A stretch of DNA of 64,000 nucleotides from an uncultured Parachlamydiaceae bacterium (GCA_963742415.1 CAVULX010000003.1:320001-384000), one strand, 5' to 3'; positions 1 through 11,757 are shown, numbered from the stretch's first letter. Notes: generated by a model not told the origin, from the letters alone. Numbers and translations: made by a program.

Positions 1-22
1 AAAATAAATCTTTCCAAGTGCG

Positions 23-535
23 TTGGTTGAGAAAATGATTCTTATTAATTTTTCTTCGGATCGTGGTGCATTGGATGTAACAATTGAAACGCAGCATTTA
101 ATCCTTCGATCTGTCAAAGCTGAAGAATCATACTATAATGATTATGCAGCTTTATTTGGCAACTCCAATGCTATGAAAAAGTATGGTAACGGCTCACCAA
201 AGACACGTGAAGAGATTGTCAAACGTATTAATGAGGAATGGGTAAAACTTTGGCAATCCAATGATCCTTATAGCGCATTTGCTGTATTTAAGAAGCATTC
301 AGAAAAATTTGTTGGTCATGCCATATTACAGCGTACTGGAGAGCCAGGCACGCTCGAATTGGCTGTTCTCCTCAGGGAGGAATATCAGGGAAAAGGCTAT
401 GGAAACGAATTAGCACATGCATCGGTTAATGAATATGCGCTAGCTGCGGTTAAAAAGGGATATTTTGAAGAATGTACAATATCAGTTTATTTAGAGCCTT
501 CATCGCTATCTCCTTTTTCACAGGTATATGCTTGA
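23..535 (+). pseudogene. RimJ/RimL-type GNAT N-acetyltransferase, C-terminally truncated
   Basis: IETQHLILR N-terminus and acetyl-CoA motif EYQGKGYGNE. The usual terminal 'N..S..+LEK.GF' segment is missing and the last ~16 codons overlap the antisense ORF 487-849. Confidence 0.6.
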
Positions 536-849
536 TTAGGAGAGTCCTCGTCTTCGGGAAATAAGTATTTTAGCGTCCCTTCTTTAATCATTGGCGTAAG
601 ATGGCTCCTGACAAAATGCTTTTTATCCTTTCTTTTCAGAATTTCTACTAATTGCTGAGCTGTTAGTGGTTGCCATGCACAGAGTTTTTGAATCACCAAA
701 CGTAAGTCTTTTTTACTAGAGCGTGTATTAAGATTATTAATTAATATCTGTAGCTCTTTTGGGAGCGTTTCAATTGGAAACACACCGGTATACGGGTGTG
801 TTTCAACGCCAGACACACCGGTATACGGGTGTGTTTCAACGCCAGACAC
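487..849 (-). pseudogene. Isolated C-terminal winged-helix fragment of the kind ending Fic or AlbA/RecG-like regulators, preceded by 11-aa repeats
   Basis: LTAQQLVEILKR...HLTPMIKEGTLKYLFPEDEDSPNQAY resembles the 'L.P++..G.L....P..P.SP.Q.Y' tail. No upstream catalytic domain. Confidence 0.5.
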
Positions 850-870
850 ACCGGTATATTGGTGTGTTTT
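778..870. repeat. 33-bp tandem repeat (about 2.7 copies) with a palindromic core
   Basis: Unit ACACACCGGTATACGGGTGTGTTTCAACGCCAG starts at 780 and 813, with a partial variant at 846. Confidence 0.95.
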
Positions 871-902
871 TGCTTAAACCATTAAATTTTAAGGCAAAAA
901 AT

Positions 903-989
903 ATCAACAAACCGACAAATGACGTTTTGTTGATCAAATTTGACAAACACAAAAACGATCAACAAATCGTCAAATGACATTTTGTTGAT
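903..989. promoter_or_regulatory. Two operator-like inverted repeats ATCAACAAA-N14-TTTGTTGAT upstream of the AAA ATPase gene
   Basis: Copies at 903-934 and 958-989, 55 bp apart, with similar spacers. Confidence 0.6.
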
Positions 990-1041
990 TGATTTTAAAC
1001 AAGCAAAGACCTATGATTAGATTAAAAATGGAGCAATAAAA

Positions 1042-2475
1042 ATGAGTCTTTCCAAATTCATTGGCCGTGAAGCTGAAATGGCCAGACTTAAGGGATTATT
1101 AAGTTCAAGAAGTGCAAGCCTTATCGTAGTTCGCGGGAGAAGACGAATTGGCAAAAGTAGACTTCTTGCAGAATTCGGAAAGGAGATCAGAAGCCTTTTC
1201 TTTTCTGGAATTCCTCCAGCTCGAAAGACAACTGCTCAATCTCAACGCAATGAATTTACTTATCAACTAGAGCGGGCAGGACTACCCGGTATCAAACCAG
1301 ATGATTGGGGAAATATTTTGTGGCACCTCTCCAAATATACCGCTGATGGACCTGTTTTGATCGTATTCGATGAAATATCATGGATGGGAGGAAAGGACCC
1401 TGACTTTTTAGGTAAACTAAAAACAGCCTGGGATATGTATTTCAGCAAAAATCCTCAACTGATTCTCGTGCTGTGTGGCTCAATCTCTTCTTGGATCGAA
1501 GAAAATATTTTAAGCAATACTGGTTTTGTGGGGAGAATTTCCATTGATCTTATTCTTGAAGAGCTACCCTTAAATGTTTGCAATGCCTTTTGGCACCCTA
1601 AAGAAAAACGAATTACCGCATATGAAAAGTTTAAACTTTTATCTGTTACAGGAGGGGTTCCGCTTTATCTAGAACGGATTAAACCTGAGCTCCCTGCAGA
1701 ACAAAATATTCGAGATCTTTGCTTCATGCAAGGAGGCTTGTTGGTGCGAGAATTCGATGAAATATTTTCAGATCTCTTCTCTCGGAAAAATGCAAGTCAC
1801 AAAGAAATTGTAGCTTGCCTTGCAAACGGCCCTAAAGATCTTGGCCAAATCTGCAAAGAATTAAAAAAAGAGCTGGGAGGAGGTTATAGCAGGCATTTAG
1901 ATGATCTTGTAAAAGCTGGATTTGTCCAAAGGGACTTTACTTGGAGTTTAGATAACGGCAAGGAAAGCAAGTTGAGTAAGTACCGGTTGAGTGATAACTA
2001 TCTACGCTTCTACTTGAAGTACATCGCACCCAATCGTGCTAAGATAGAAAAAGGAGCTTATGCAAATACAGCATTAAGTCGCTTTCCTGGATGGGAGTCC
2101 TTGATGGGACTGCAATTCGAAAATCTTGTAGCTCATAACCGTAAAGCTCTCTGGAACCTGCTAAATCTATCCCCAGACGAAATTGTGATGGATGGCCCGT
2201 TTTTTCAAAACCCTACAGCCAAACAAGCAGGATGCCAAATTGACTACTTAATCCAGACACGTTTCCATAATCTATACCTCTGTGAAGTTAAATTTTCCAG
2301 GAATCCAATAGGGCAGAAAATAATCAATGAGATGGAGGAGAAAAGAAAACGACTGAAGATACCAAAATTTTGCTCTATCCGCCCAGTGCTAATCCATGTA
2401 AATGGAGTGGAGGAAAACGTTTTGGATGAAGGGTATTTCGACAAAGTAATCGATTTTGGCCAGCTTTTAGAATAG
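1042..2475 (+). CDS. Archaeal-type AAA ATPase with C-terminal PD-(D/E)xK (DUF234-like) domain
   Basis: FIGREAE start, Walker A GRRRIGKS, Walker B LIVFDE, TGGVPLYL and C-terminal QIDYL...LCEVKF. Confidence 0.85.
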   Translation: MSLSKFIGREAEMARLKGLLSSRSASLIVVRGRRRIGKSRLLAEFGKEIRSLFFSGIPPARKTTAQSQRNEFTYQLERAGLPGIKPDDWGNILWHLSKYTADGPVLIVFDEISWMGGKDPDFLGKLKTAWDMYFSKNPQLILVLCGSISSWIEENILSNTGFVGRISIDLILEELPLNVCNAFWHPKEKRITAYEKFKLLSVTGGVPLYLERIKPELPAEQNIRDLCFMQGGLLVREFDEIFSDLFSRKNASHKEIVACLANGPKDLGQICKELKKELGGGYSRHLDDLVKAGFVQRDFTWSLDNGKESKLSKYRLSDNYLRFYLKYIAPNRAKIEKGAYANTALSRFPGWESLMGLQFENLVAHNRKALWNLLNLSPDEIVMDGPFFQNPTAKQAGCQIDYLIQTRFHNLYLCEVKFSRNPIGQKIINEMEEKRKRLKIPKFCSIRPVLIHVNGVEENVLDEGYFDKVIDFGQLLE

Positions 2476-2635
2476 ATAGTGTTATTTTTACAATCATGGC
2501 TAAGAGACATCTCTTCAGAATGGTTTAATAGCTAAAAGTAAATTGATGGCATCTTGGTTTTGAGTAGGGAGATTTACTACTATATCTTTCTGATTGTCAA
2601 AACATACAGGATTTACGGCCAACAAGATTTTCTCT

Positions 2636-2670
2636 AAAAAGGGCTTAAGCTGGTGAAAGCTTAAACCCTT
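2636..2670 (-). terminator. Intrinsic terminator downstream of tRNA-Leu
   Basis: Hairpin AAGGGCTTAAGCT/AGCTTAAACCCTT next to an A-run (U-run on the minus strand). Confidence 0.6.
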
Positions 2671-2681
2671 GTATGTAAAGA

Positions 2682-2764
2682 TGCTCGGAACTGGACTCGA
2701 ACCAGCACGGGGTTGCCCCCAAGGGATTTTAAGTCCCTAGTGTCTACCATTTCACCATCCGAGC
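2682..2764 (-). tRNA. tRNA-Leu(TAA)
   Basis: Reverse complement reads GCTCGGATGGTGAAATGGTAGACAC-AGGGA CT TAA AA TCCCT-long variable arm-GGTTCGAGTCC-TCCGAGCA. Confidence 0.95.
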
Positions 2765-2783
2765 GAAAAGATGCGGAACATAA

Positions 2784-2812
2784 AAACTATCCACATCAGA
2801 ATTAATTGTCAA
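2784..2812 (-). promoter_or_regulatory. Sigma66/70-type promoter for tRNA-Leu
   Basis: TTGACA-17 bp-TAGTTT on the minus strand, about 20 bp upstream of the tRNA. Confidence 0.6.
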
Positions 2813-3011
2813 CAGCTTGTTGAAATAGAATGAGAAATACAATTAGCCTCTTTAGGGCTCTTAGATCCTTGATTCTTGAACTTTAGTACTCGAGGCTTAT
2901 TGCATTAATTGGATGATTTTTTCTTCCACCCCCTGTCCATGCATATCTCCCCAGCAGCATTGTCAATTTCTATCCAATCCCAAATGTACTTTTGAGAATC
3001 AAATCAGCAAA

Positions 3012-3950
3012 TCACTTTTCCTCTTCGGGATGCTCGAGATGTTCTGCGTCTTTGGATTCAGAAGGCCCTTCACTGAAATTATAAGGAGGCTCTTTCGGTT
3101 GCTGCATCAACTCATCTTCTAACGAGAAGGATGTCGCACGGTGCCGATAAATTTCCTCTTCCTCCTCTTCACTGATCGCGAAAGGGCTGATGCGGGGTTC
3201 CTCTAGAGGCACCTCAATCCCTTCATCCTCCTTGCCTTGCTCCCCTTCTTTTTCTTCCCCTTCTTTACTTTCATCCTTAAGGAAAAAAGCCCCTTTAAAC
3301 ATCGCATTGTCTTTATATCGAGCAATGGTTTCCGAAATTAATGTAGGGGGAGGGGGAAGGATAGAAGAAAGCAATGTTTGCGCGGAAAGAACTTCTCCTG
3401 CAGACTCTTCAACTGGGAAAGGGAGATCAACTTTTTCTTGTTCTTGAAGATTCTCAGACCCTGGAGTTTCTTCTTTAGGCAAGACCTCTTCGCGACCCCC
3501 TCGGCGGCGGCGATAACGGGTTCGACGATCCCGTTTTTTGTCTAGCCTGCCTGCTTCGCGAGGCTCTTTTCCAATTTCACCCTCTACAGGGGTCCCGCCC
3601 TCTTCACTTGGTTCAGAAACACTCCCTGTTTTTTCAGGTGCGCCTTCTTTTGTGGTTTTCAGAGTGCCTTCTTTACCTCCGCCAATCTTTATCGAACGGT
3701 CTATACCGACATTTTTCAGCACCATGCGCGCTTCGCGCACTTCAAGAATTTCATAATCGCTGACAGGCACTAAAAATGCTTTAGGTCTCTCTAGAGAGCG
3801 GAAGAAGAAAGAATTTCCAAAAGAAACGACTTCAACGGCATCGACAAAATATTCTTCTTGTCCGGAGCTTTTGCTGCTGCGGACAACTAGTTTGCACCCC
3901 TCTTTGGGGGTAATGACAGTTTCTATAATAGGTTCTCGTGTAAAATCCAC
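3012..3950 (-). CDS. grgA: Chlamydial transcription factor GrgA homologue
   Basis: N-terminus MDFTREPIIETVITPKEGCKLVVR...FLVPVSDYEILEVRE, Arg-rich central patch and acidic tail. Lies directly downstream of gapA, as in Chlamydia. Confidence 0.85.
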   Translation of the reverse strand: MDFTREPIIETVITPKEGCKLVVRSSKSSGQEEYFVDAVEVVSFGNSFFFRSLERPKAFLVPVSDYEILEVREARMVLKNVGIDRSIKIGGGKEGTLKTTKEGAPEKTGSVSEPSEEGGTPVEGEIGKEPREAGRLDKKRDRRTRYRRRRGGREEVLPKEETPGSENLQEQEKVDLPFPVEESAGEVLSAQTLLSSILPPPPTLISETIARYKDNAMFKGAFFLKDESKEGEEKEGEQGKEDEGIEVPLEEPRISPFAISEEEEEEIYRHRATSFSLEDELMQQPKEPPYNFSEGPSESKDAEHLEHPEEEK

Positions 3951-3982
3951 TGTAATTTATTCCATTGTTAAATGTGTTCATT

Positions 3983-5007
<1,025 letters not shown>

Positions 5008-5157
5008 AATTCCTCTTGAACAAGGGATTTACAGCTTAATCGACAACCGCTAAATATTCATTCAACCGACCAAAAGTAGAACTTCCGTTCAATGCAATCA
5101 TATAGCAAATAGCAGCTAAAGTAAAGGAAAAGGTTCAGTGTAACGAGTCGAGAATTA

Positions 5158-5246
5158 TTAAGCGCAAAGTCGCAAAGGCTGCAAAGGTAAAAAAGGAACA
5201 TTGTAGTCCATTTTTATCTTTACCGCCGTTGCGCCTTTGCCTTTAA
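5158..5246. repeat. Imperfect REP-like inverted repeat (CGCAAAG-type)
   Basis: TTAAGCGCAAAGTCGCAAAGGCTGCAAAG ... CTTTACCGCCGTTGCGCCTTTGCCTTTAA between rplQ and gapA. Confidence 0.6.
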
Positions 5247-5264
5247 CTTTTTTCTCTGCAGAAG

Positions 5265-5693
5265 TTAATCGGTAAGGTATTCGATGAAGCACATTTGGGC
5301 GTTATCGCCTATGCGATTCCGGCTACGAACAATCCGTGTATATCCCCCTTGTCTAGAAGCAAAATGGACACCCAATTCATTGAAGAGTTTATTGATGACA
5401 TAACGGTCGTCGTTATAACTGGTTGTTTCCCCTTTTCGAGCTGCACGTTCTTCTTTATCGGTCAGAGGGTTGAAGGTAATCATCATTTGGCCAATGGCTC
5501 TACGTCGGCTTGCAAGCGTATTTCTTTTTGCAAGAGTGATCATCCGGTCGGCATAGCGGCGCAGCGCTTTTGCTTTGGCTACTGTTGTTTCAATTCGTCC
5601 ATTGATAATCAATGATTTTAGCATATTAGCAAACAGGCAACGCCGGTGAGATGATGTTCTATTTAATTTACATGTATTTTTTAAATGTCTCAT
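5265..5693 (-). CDS. rplQ: 50S ribosomal protein L17
   Basis: MRH..KLNRTSSHRR, IETTVAKAK, GGYTRI. Confidence 0.97.
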   Translation of the reverse strand: MRHLKNTCKLNRTSSHRRCLFANMLKSLIINGRIETTVAKAKALRRYADRMITLAKRNTLASRRRAIGQMMITFNPLTDKEERAARKGETTSYNDDRYVINKLFNELGVHFASRQGGYTRIVRSRNRIGDNAQMCFIEYLTD

Positions 5694-5715
5694 GACTTAT
5701 CTACCTATAAAACTT

Positions 5716-6870
5716 TTACTCGTCTTCTTCTTTATATTGTTCTTTTTCTTTGTGTTGCTCTTTCTCTTTGAATTTCTCTTTTTTCCCTTTCTTCTCTTCA
5801 ATATAGTGTCGAATTTTTTCTTTTACGTTATCTTGAGTGATGCCATAACGGGAAAGATCCATTCCAAGATGCATGTTCATCTCGGCTAATTTAGCTTTGA
5901 TTTCATTGAGAGATTTTTTGCCAAAATTTCGGAATTCTAACATTTTTCGTTCAGGAATAGAAACTAGTTCGGCAATGGTTTCGATGTTCGCACCGCTCAA
6001 GCAATTTGTGGATCGGACAGATAGTTCAATTTCATCAATGCGAAGGCACAATTTCTCCATCATTTCATCTTGGTCGCTCTCCCCTTCACCGGCAGTCTTC
6101 ATCAAAATTCAAAACGTGTGTTTTCAATTTGTTGAAGACTTCAAAGTGTTTTTGTCCGATTTGAGAAGCAAAGCTTAAGGCTTCTACAGGAGTGACACGA
6201 CCATCTGTTGTCACTTCGAAGATAAGCCGATCAAAGTCGGTATCTTGTCCGACGCGGGTATTTTCGACGAAATAATTGACGAGGCGTACAGGGGAAAAAG
6301 CGGCATCGATAAGAATTTCATCTGATGTTTTATCACGCACTACATGACGTTCGGAAGGAACATATCCGCGGCCAATGGCCACTCGAAATCGATTTGGCGC
6401 CTCATTGGTTTGGTGACGGTGAAGAGATGAAGTGATGGATTGACAACTTCGTAATTGCCATCTTGAATAACATCTCCTAGGGTCACATCATATTGACCTT
6501 TATTTTTATCGAGATCGTCTTGAGTGATTTCAAGGACAGTGGTAAGGATGCGTGAGTCATGCGAACTTGGAGCTTCGTCCATGGGCAATTTTCGTAAAAG
6601 CGCCCCTTTGAAATTGAGGATGATATTTGTCATATCTTCAACAATTCCTTCGATCGCCATATATTCATGCGGAACACCTTCAATGCGAACGGAAATGATG
6701 GCAGGAGCTTCGAGGGAGGAAAGCATCATGCGGCGCATGGAATTGCCGATTGTATGTCCAAAACCTCTTTCAAAAGGCTCAGCAACAAATCGTGCAAATG
6801 TCGAGGTGGCTGTTTCCTCATCGATGGTAATTTTTTGAGGCATTTCAAATTTGCCATATTTAACTGACAT
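5716..6870 (-). CDS. rpoA: RNA polymerase alpha subunit (split over three frames)
   Basis: [44 protein letters not shown]. Confidence 0.95.
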
Positions 6871-6930
6871 CTAAGCATCTCCTGATAAAAATAATAAAAG
6901 CTTATTTCTTAAATTTTGGCCTCTTCTTGC

Positions 6931-7368
6931 TTAAACACGGCGACGTTTTCTTGGACGGCATCCATTGTGCGGAACTGGTGTTGTATCGCTGATTGCGGAG
7001 ATCAATAGTCCCGCACTTTGCAAACCACGCACAGCAGATTCACGTCCCGCTCCGGGCCCTTTTAGTTTAACTTCAACTTCTTTCATGCCAAGGGATGTGG
7101 CCAGTTTGCCAGCATCTTGAGCTGCGACAGTGGCTGCAAAAGCAGAGGATTTTCGCGAGCCTGAAAAGTTGACTTTTCCGGCTGAGGACCAAGCGATGAC
7201 TCTGCCTGCAGGATCTGTGATGGCAATGATCGTATTATTAAAAGATGCTTTAACATGAGCAATACCTGCTGGAACATGTAAAGCACCTTTTCGTTTTGAT
7301 TTTAGCGGCTTTTTTGCTGGTTGTTGTTGCTGCTGCGGTTGTTGTTGCTGTTGTTGTTGCTTAGCCAA
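6931..7368 (-). CDS. rpsK: 30S ribosomal protein S11 with a poly-Gln N-terminus
   Basis: [26 protein letters not shown]. Confidence 0.97.
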   Translation of the reverse strand: MAKQQQQQQQPQQQQQPAKKPLKSKRKGALHVPAGIAHVKASFNNTIIAITDPAGRVIAWSSAGKVNFSGSRKSSAFAATVAAQDAGKLATSLGMKEVEVKLKGPGAGRESAVRGLQSAGLLISAISDTTPVPHNGCRPRKRRRV

Positions 7369-7385
7369 AGTTACATTCTCCTATC

Positions 7386-7756
7386 TTATTTTTTCTTATT
7401 GGCGACAGTTTTACGTTTTCCTTTACGCGTTCTGGAATTTGTTCTTGTGCGTTGACCACGAACAGGTAATCCTGAACGATGGCGCATTCCACGATAGGAA
7501 TGGATGCTGACCAAACGTTTAATATTATTTTGAATTTGCCGTCGCAAGATCCCCTTCAACAACATATTCTGCTTGTAAAAGATTGTTAATACGCGCAATA
7601 TCATCTTGAGTGAGTTTATGGGCTGCGCATATTGGGATCTAGGCTCAGTTTTGCAATAATTTCATTTGAACGCTGGCGGCCAATTCCAAAGATATATGTC
7701 AAACTGATTTCTAATCTTTTATTATCCGGTATATCGATACCGATAACTCTAGGCAT
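7386..7756 (-). CDS. rpsM: 30S ribosomal protein S13 (frameshifted)
   Basis: [10 protein letters not shown] start at 7756; [26 protein letters not shown]. Confidence 0.93.
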
Positions 7757-7841
7757 TGAGAACTCCTCTTTTTCCTAAAAACAACTTCACTAAATTAGCA
7801 TGCTTTTATATTAAAAAGCAAAAGCATTTTTCAATCATACC

Positions 7842-9217
7842 TTATCGTCCCTTGATTCGTCCATGTTTCATAAACCCTTCATACCGTTTCATAAGCAGAT
7901 GGGATTCAATTTGTTTCATGGTATCTAAAACAACTCCCACTAAAATCAGCAGGGCGGTACCGCCAAAAAAGTAGCTAATGGTTTGGGGGACCCCTAAGCA
8001 TTCGCCCGATAATATGTGGGCAAGGATAGCGATGAGGGCTAAGAATACGGCACCGAGCAAGGTAATGCGATTCATGGTTTGCTCTAGGTAATCTTGCGTG
8101 GGTTTTCCTTGACGGATGCCTGGGATAAAGGCTCCATTTTTCTTCATATCTGAAGCAATTTGATCGGGACGAAATTGGGTTGCGGTCCAAAAGTAGGTGA
8201 AGAAAATGATCAAACTGACATATAAAACAAGGTACAAAGATCGCCCCTGGGGACAGCCAGGCAGCCACCTCACCAATCCAATTTCCACGTCCGATGAATG
8301 TTCCGATCGTTGCGGGAAACATGAGCAAGGAGGAGGCAAAAATAACGGGGATAACCCCTGCATAATTGACTTTAAGGGGAATATAGGAGGTTCCCCCTTG
8401 AACTTCTTTTCTGCCCACAACACGTCGTGCATATTGCAAAGGGATGCGTCGATGCCCTTGGATCACAAGGATCGTTGCGATGGTGACGAGAACAAAGACT
8501 CCAATGAGGACAAGGACGGTGGCAAAATTCATTTGTCCAGGTTCTTGGGAATCGAGATTCAACTGTTGGAGAATCAAGCCGAGAGCTGTTGGCAGAGAGG
8601 ACAAAATGCCGACGGTAATGATCAAGACTCATGCCATTTCCAATCCCTTTTTCGGTGATTTGTTCACCGATCCACATCAAAAGGACCGTTCCGGTTGTCA
8701 TTGTGAAGATGACAACAAGATAAAATAAGAGGGGCATCCCAAAAAGTTGGATATCGAGCAATTCACCTGCAACGATTCCTGGCCGGCTGAAATTCATTTG
8801 AATGGCATAACGTGCAAACATAGCAGATTGCAAAACAGCTAGTCCGAGAGTGAGAAGCCGCGTGATTTTATTAATTTTACGCTTGCCCTTGTTCGGGATT
8901 TTCGCGCACTTCACGTTGAAGAGATGGCCAAGAGGCGACAAGCAGTTGCATGATGATCGAAGCTGAGATGTAAGGAACAACACCCAGGGCAATCGACCGT
9001 CATTTGAGAAAATGCACCGCCGGAAAAGATATCGACCATTTGAAAAAGGTTTTGAGCTCCACCAGTCGCTTGCCGAAAAAAGCTCACAGCGATTTCACCA
9101 TTTATTCCGGGAACAGGGATAAAGCCCCAATGCGACAGGCGGCCAGCAAAAGCAAAGTAAAAATAATTTTTGCTTTCAGCTCGGTATTTGGAAAACTCTT
9201 TGTAATCCTTGCAGCAT
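7842..9217 (-). CDS. secY: Preprotein translocase SecY (several frameshifts)
   Basis: [40 protein letters not shown] and [12 protein letters not shown] in successive frames. Confidence 0.93.
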
Positions 9218-9358
9218 TTAGCACCTGACGTGTTTGACAGCAACGTTTATTTGGATTTGAGGATATTCCTATTCACTGTTTATAAGTCTGTAGACACCTC
9301 AAACTTTCAATTTGCCTCCTGTTGCTTATTAGCAGCCGGATGGCATAGTTACAAAAAA

Positions 9359-9817
9359 CTATTCCGGTATGTCACATTTAATTTTTGCACTGTGAAGCTT
9401 TGCTTTCGCACTACTTGAGATTGCATCAGCTTCGATTGTGACTTTTTTTGTTAATTCTCCATTGACCCAGAATCTTAATTCCTCGGGAAGGCCCACTGAT
9501 AAAACCATGTTCTGTCAAAGTTTGCAAATTAACTACTTCTCCATCTTGCAAAGAGCTCGTTAATTTGAGCAGAGATTGACTGTATTTAGTTTAAGTTTGC
9601 GGAACATGGCGTTGCTAAAACCGCGAATAGGCAGTTTCATGAACGTACGGAATTGACCGCCTTCGTATCCATATCGACGCTTATAACCTGAGCGGGCACC
9701 AGCACCTTTTTCTCCACGTCCGCAAGTTTTCCCTTTGCCGGAGCCTGGCCCACGACCAACGCGTTTAACAGATCTTCGTTTGCGTGTTGGATTTTTTAAC
9801 GACCCTAACGTTATCAT
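9359..9817 (-). CDS. rplO: 50S ribosomal protein L15 (frameshifted)
   Basis: [25 protein letters not shown]. Confidence 0.9.
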
Positions 9818-10319
9818 GCCAAGACCTCTCATCTGTTTAATTTTTTGCAGCTTTTGCAATTTAGATAAAGCTTTAAAAATAGCTTTAACCTGGTTGATCG
9901 GGTTGCTAGCCCCTAAGCTTTTGGCCATTACATCCTTATATCCGGCCATTTCAAGGACAGCTCGAACTTTCGATCCGGCGATAACACCAGCGCCCTCGGG
10001 AGCTGGTTTTAAGAGCAAATGACGCTCCATCCCAATGAACGGTAATTTCATGAGGAATTGTGGTGCCTTCCATGGGAAAGACTGACCATATTCTTTGCGC
10101 GCTGCTTCTCCGCCTTTGCGAATGGCATCGGTCAATTCATTAGCTTTTGCAAAGCCATATCCGATACGTCCTTTACCATCTCCGACTAGGATGAGAGCGG
10201 AAAAACTAAATTTACGTCCCCCTTTCACAACTTTAGAGCAGCGATTGATATATAATACTTTTTCGGTTATTTCGCTGCTTTGCTTTCTCTTTTTTTTGAG
10301 AATCACTTTGTTTTGCCAT
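9810..10319 (-). CDS. rpsE: 30S ribosomal protein S5 (frameshifted; 3' end approximate)
   Basis: [31 protein letters not shown]. Confidence 0.9.
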
Positions 10320-10340
10320 GTGATTATCCTTTTCGATACA

Positions 10341-10711
10341 TTAAAATTGTAGACCTGCCGCACGAGCAGCATCGGCAAGTTCAGCTAGGATCCCATGATA
10401 TTTAAAAGGTCCGCGGTCAAATACCACTTCTTTGATATTTTTTTCTTTTGCAATTTCAGCAATAGATTCACCTAGTTTACGCGCTGTTGTCTTATTTTTA
10501 TTTACAAATTCGTTCCGCGAAATTCTTTAGAAAACGTCGCGACATGCCCGAGGGTTACCCCTTTTTCATCATCAATAAGTTGCACTTGGATATGCTTATT
10601 GCTTTTAACGACGCACAAACGTGGCTTTACGCTTGTTCCACGCAATTTTTTACGTACGCGCATGGCTCGTTTAAAACGCCTTTCGTGATCTTTTACTATG
10701 GTATTTCTCAT
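10341..10711 (-). CDS. rplR: 50S ribosomal protein L18 (frameshifted)
   Basis: [21 protein letters not shown]-terminus [10 protein letters not shown]...AGLQF. Confidence 0.9.
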
Positions 10712-10737
10712 AATAACCTTAAAACATTTGGTAATTT

Positions 10738-11287
10738 TTACTTTTTAGTAGCTGCAGCTTTACCTGCTTTCTTACGTACATATTCGCCTTTATAGCGAAT
10801 TCCTTTTCCTTGATAGGGTTCAGGGGGACGGGCTGCGCGCACAGTTGCGGCAAATTGTCCCACTTTTTGTTTATCGATCCCTGTAATCAATATATTGCGT
10901 ATTTTTTTCAACTTTAACATGCACTCCTTCAGGGATGCTCATCTTTGTCGGATGGGAAAATCCGATTTGCAAATCCAAATGATGTCCTGAGACAGCAGCA
11001 CGATAACCGACGCCAATCATTTCAAGTTCTTTTTCAAACCCTTCGTGGTTCCATCGACCATATTTTGGATCAGGGTCCGGTATAGGCCATGGAAGTTGCC
11101 GTGATCTTCATATCCTTCGCGCAAGGGTGACATGGATATGATCGTCTTTAACTTGTACTTCGACTCCTGGAACGAGAGTTTGATGCAAGGTTCCTTTAGG
11201 ACCTTTGACAGACAACTTCGGACGGGTTGACTTTAACTTCAACTCCTTTGGGAAGTACGGAATTGGAAGTTTACCTTTACGAGACAT
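10738..11287 (-). CDS. rplF: 50S ribosomal protein L6 (frameshifted)
   Basis: MSRKGKLP start; [13 protein letters not shown]. Confidence 0.9.
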
Positions 11288-11338
11288 GTCTTAATTCTCC
11301 TTCACTCAACCGATGCTCTGCAAATTCTTTTGGTGTTA

Positions 11339-11742
11339 TTACCATACCAAACACAAAAGTTCGCCGCCAATCTTCCGGGATTTGGCATCCATTGCCAGCC
11401 ATCACACCTTGTGATGTCGATAGAATCGAAAGGCCTAGTCCGCCGTAAAAACGGGGGATATCTTCATGTCCTACATAGCGTCCAAACCAGGTTTGGAAAT
11501 TCTTTGTAAGCCTTGGATGACAGGGATACCTCCCGTCGGTATATTTCAAAAATATTCTCATCGTTCCACGCTTTTTGTTATCATGTTTGACGAGGTAGTT
11601 TTCAATAAATCCTTGATTTTTCAGGATTTCAGCAATATTTTGCTTCATTTTGCTCCAGTCGATATCGACATAGCGGTGCTGAGCCTTTATCGCATTGCGA
11701 ATCCTTGTGAGAAAATCGGCTATTGGATCGCTATACTGCCAT
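11339..11742 (-). CDS. rpsH: 30S ribosomal protein S8 (frameshifted)
   Basis: DPIADFLTRIRNA, GLGLSILSTSQGVM. Confidence 0.9.
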
Positions 11743-11757
11743 ATTTTTTCTCCTCTC

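Noticed and set aside
778-870. Possible CRISPR array (palindromic ~33-bp repeats)
   Set aside because: Units are directly adjacent with identical linkers, there are no unique spacers, and no cas genes are in the window.
9560-10378. Apparent RpsE-RplO fusion ORF
   Set aside because: It lies in the indel-ridden block and is most simply a frameshift artefact joining overlapping neighbours.
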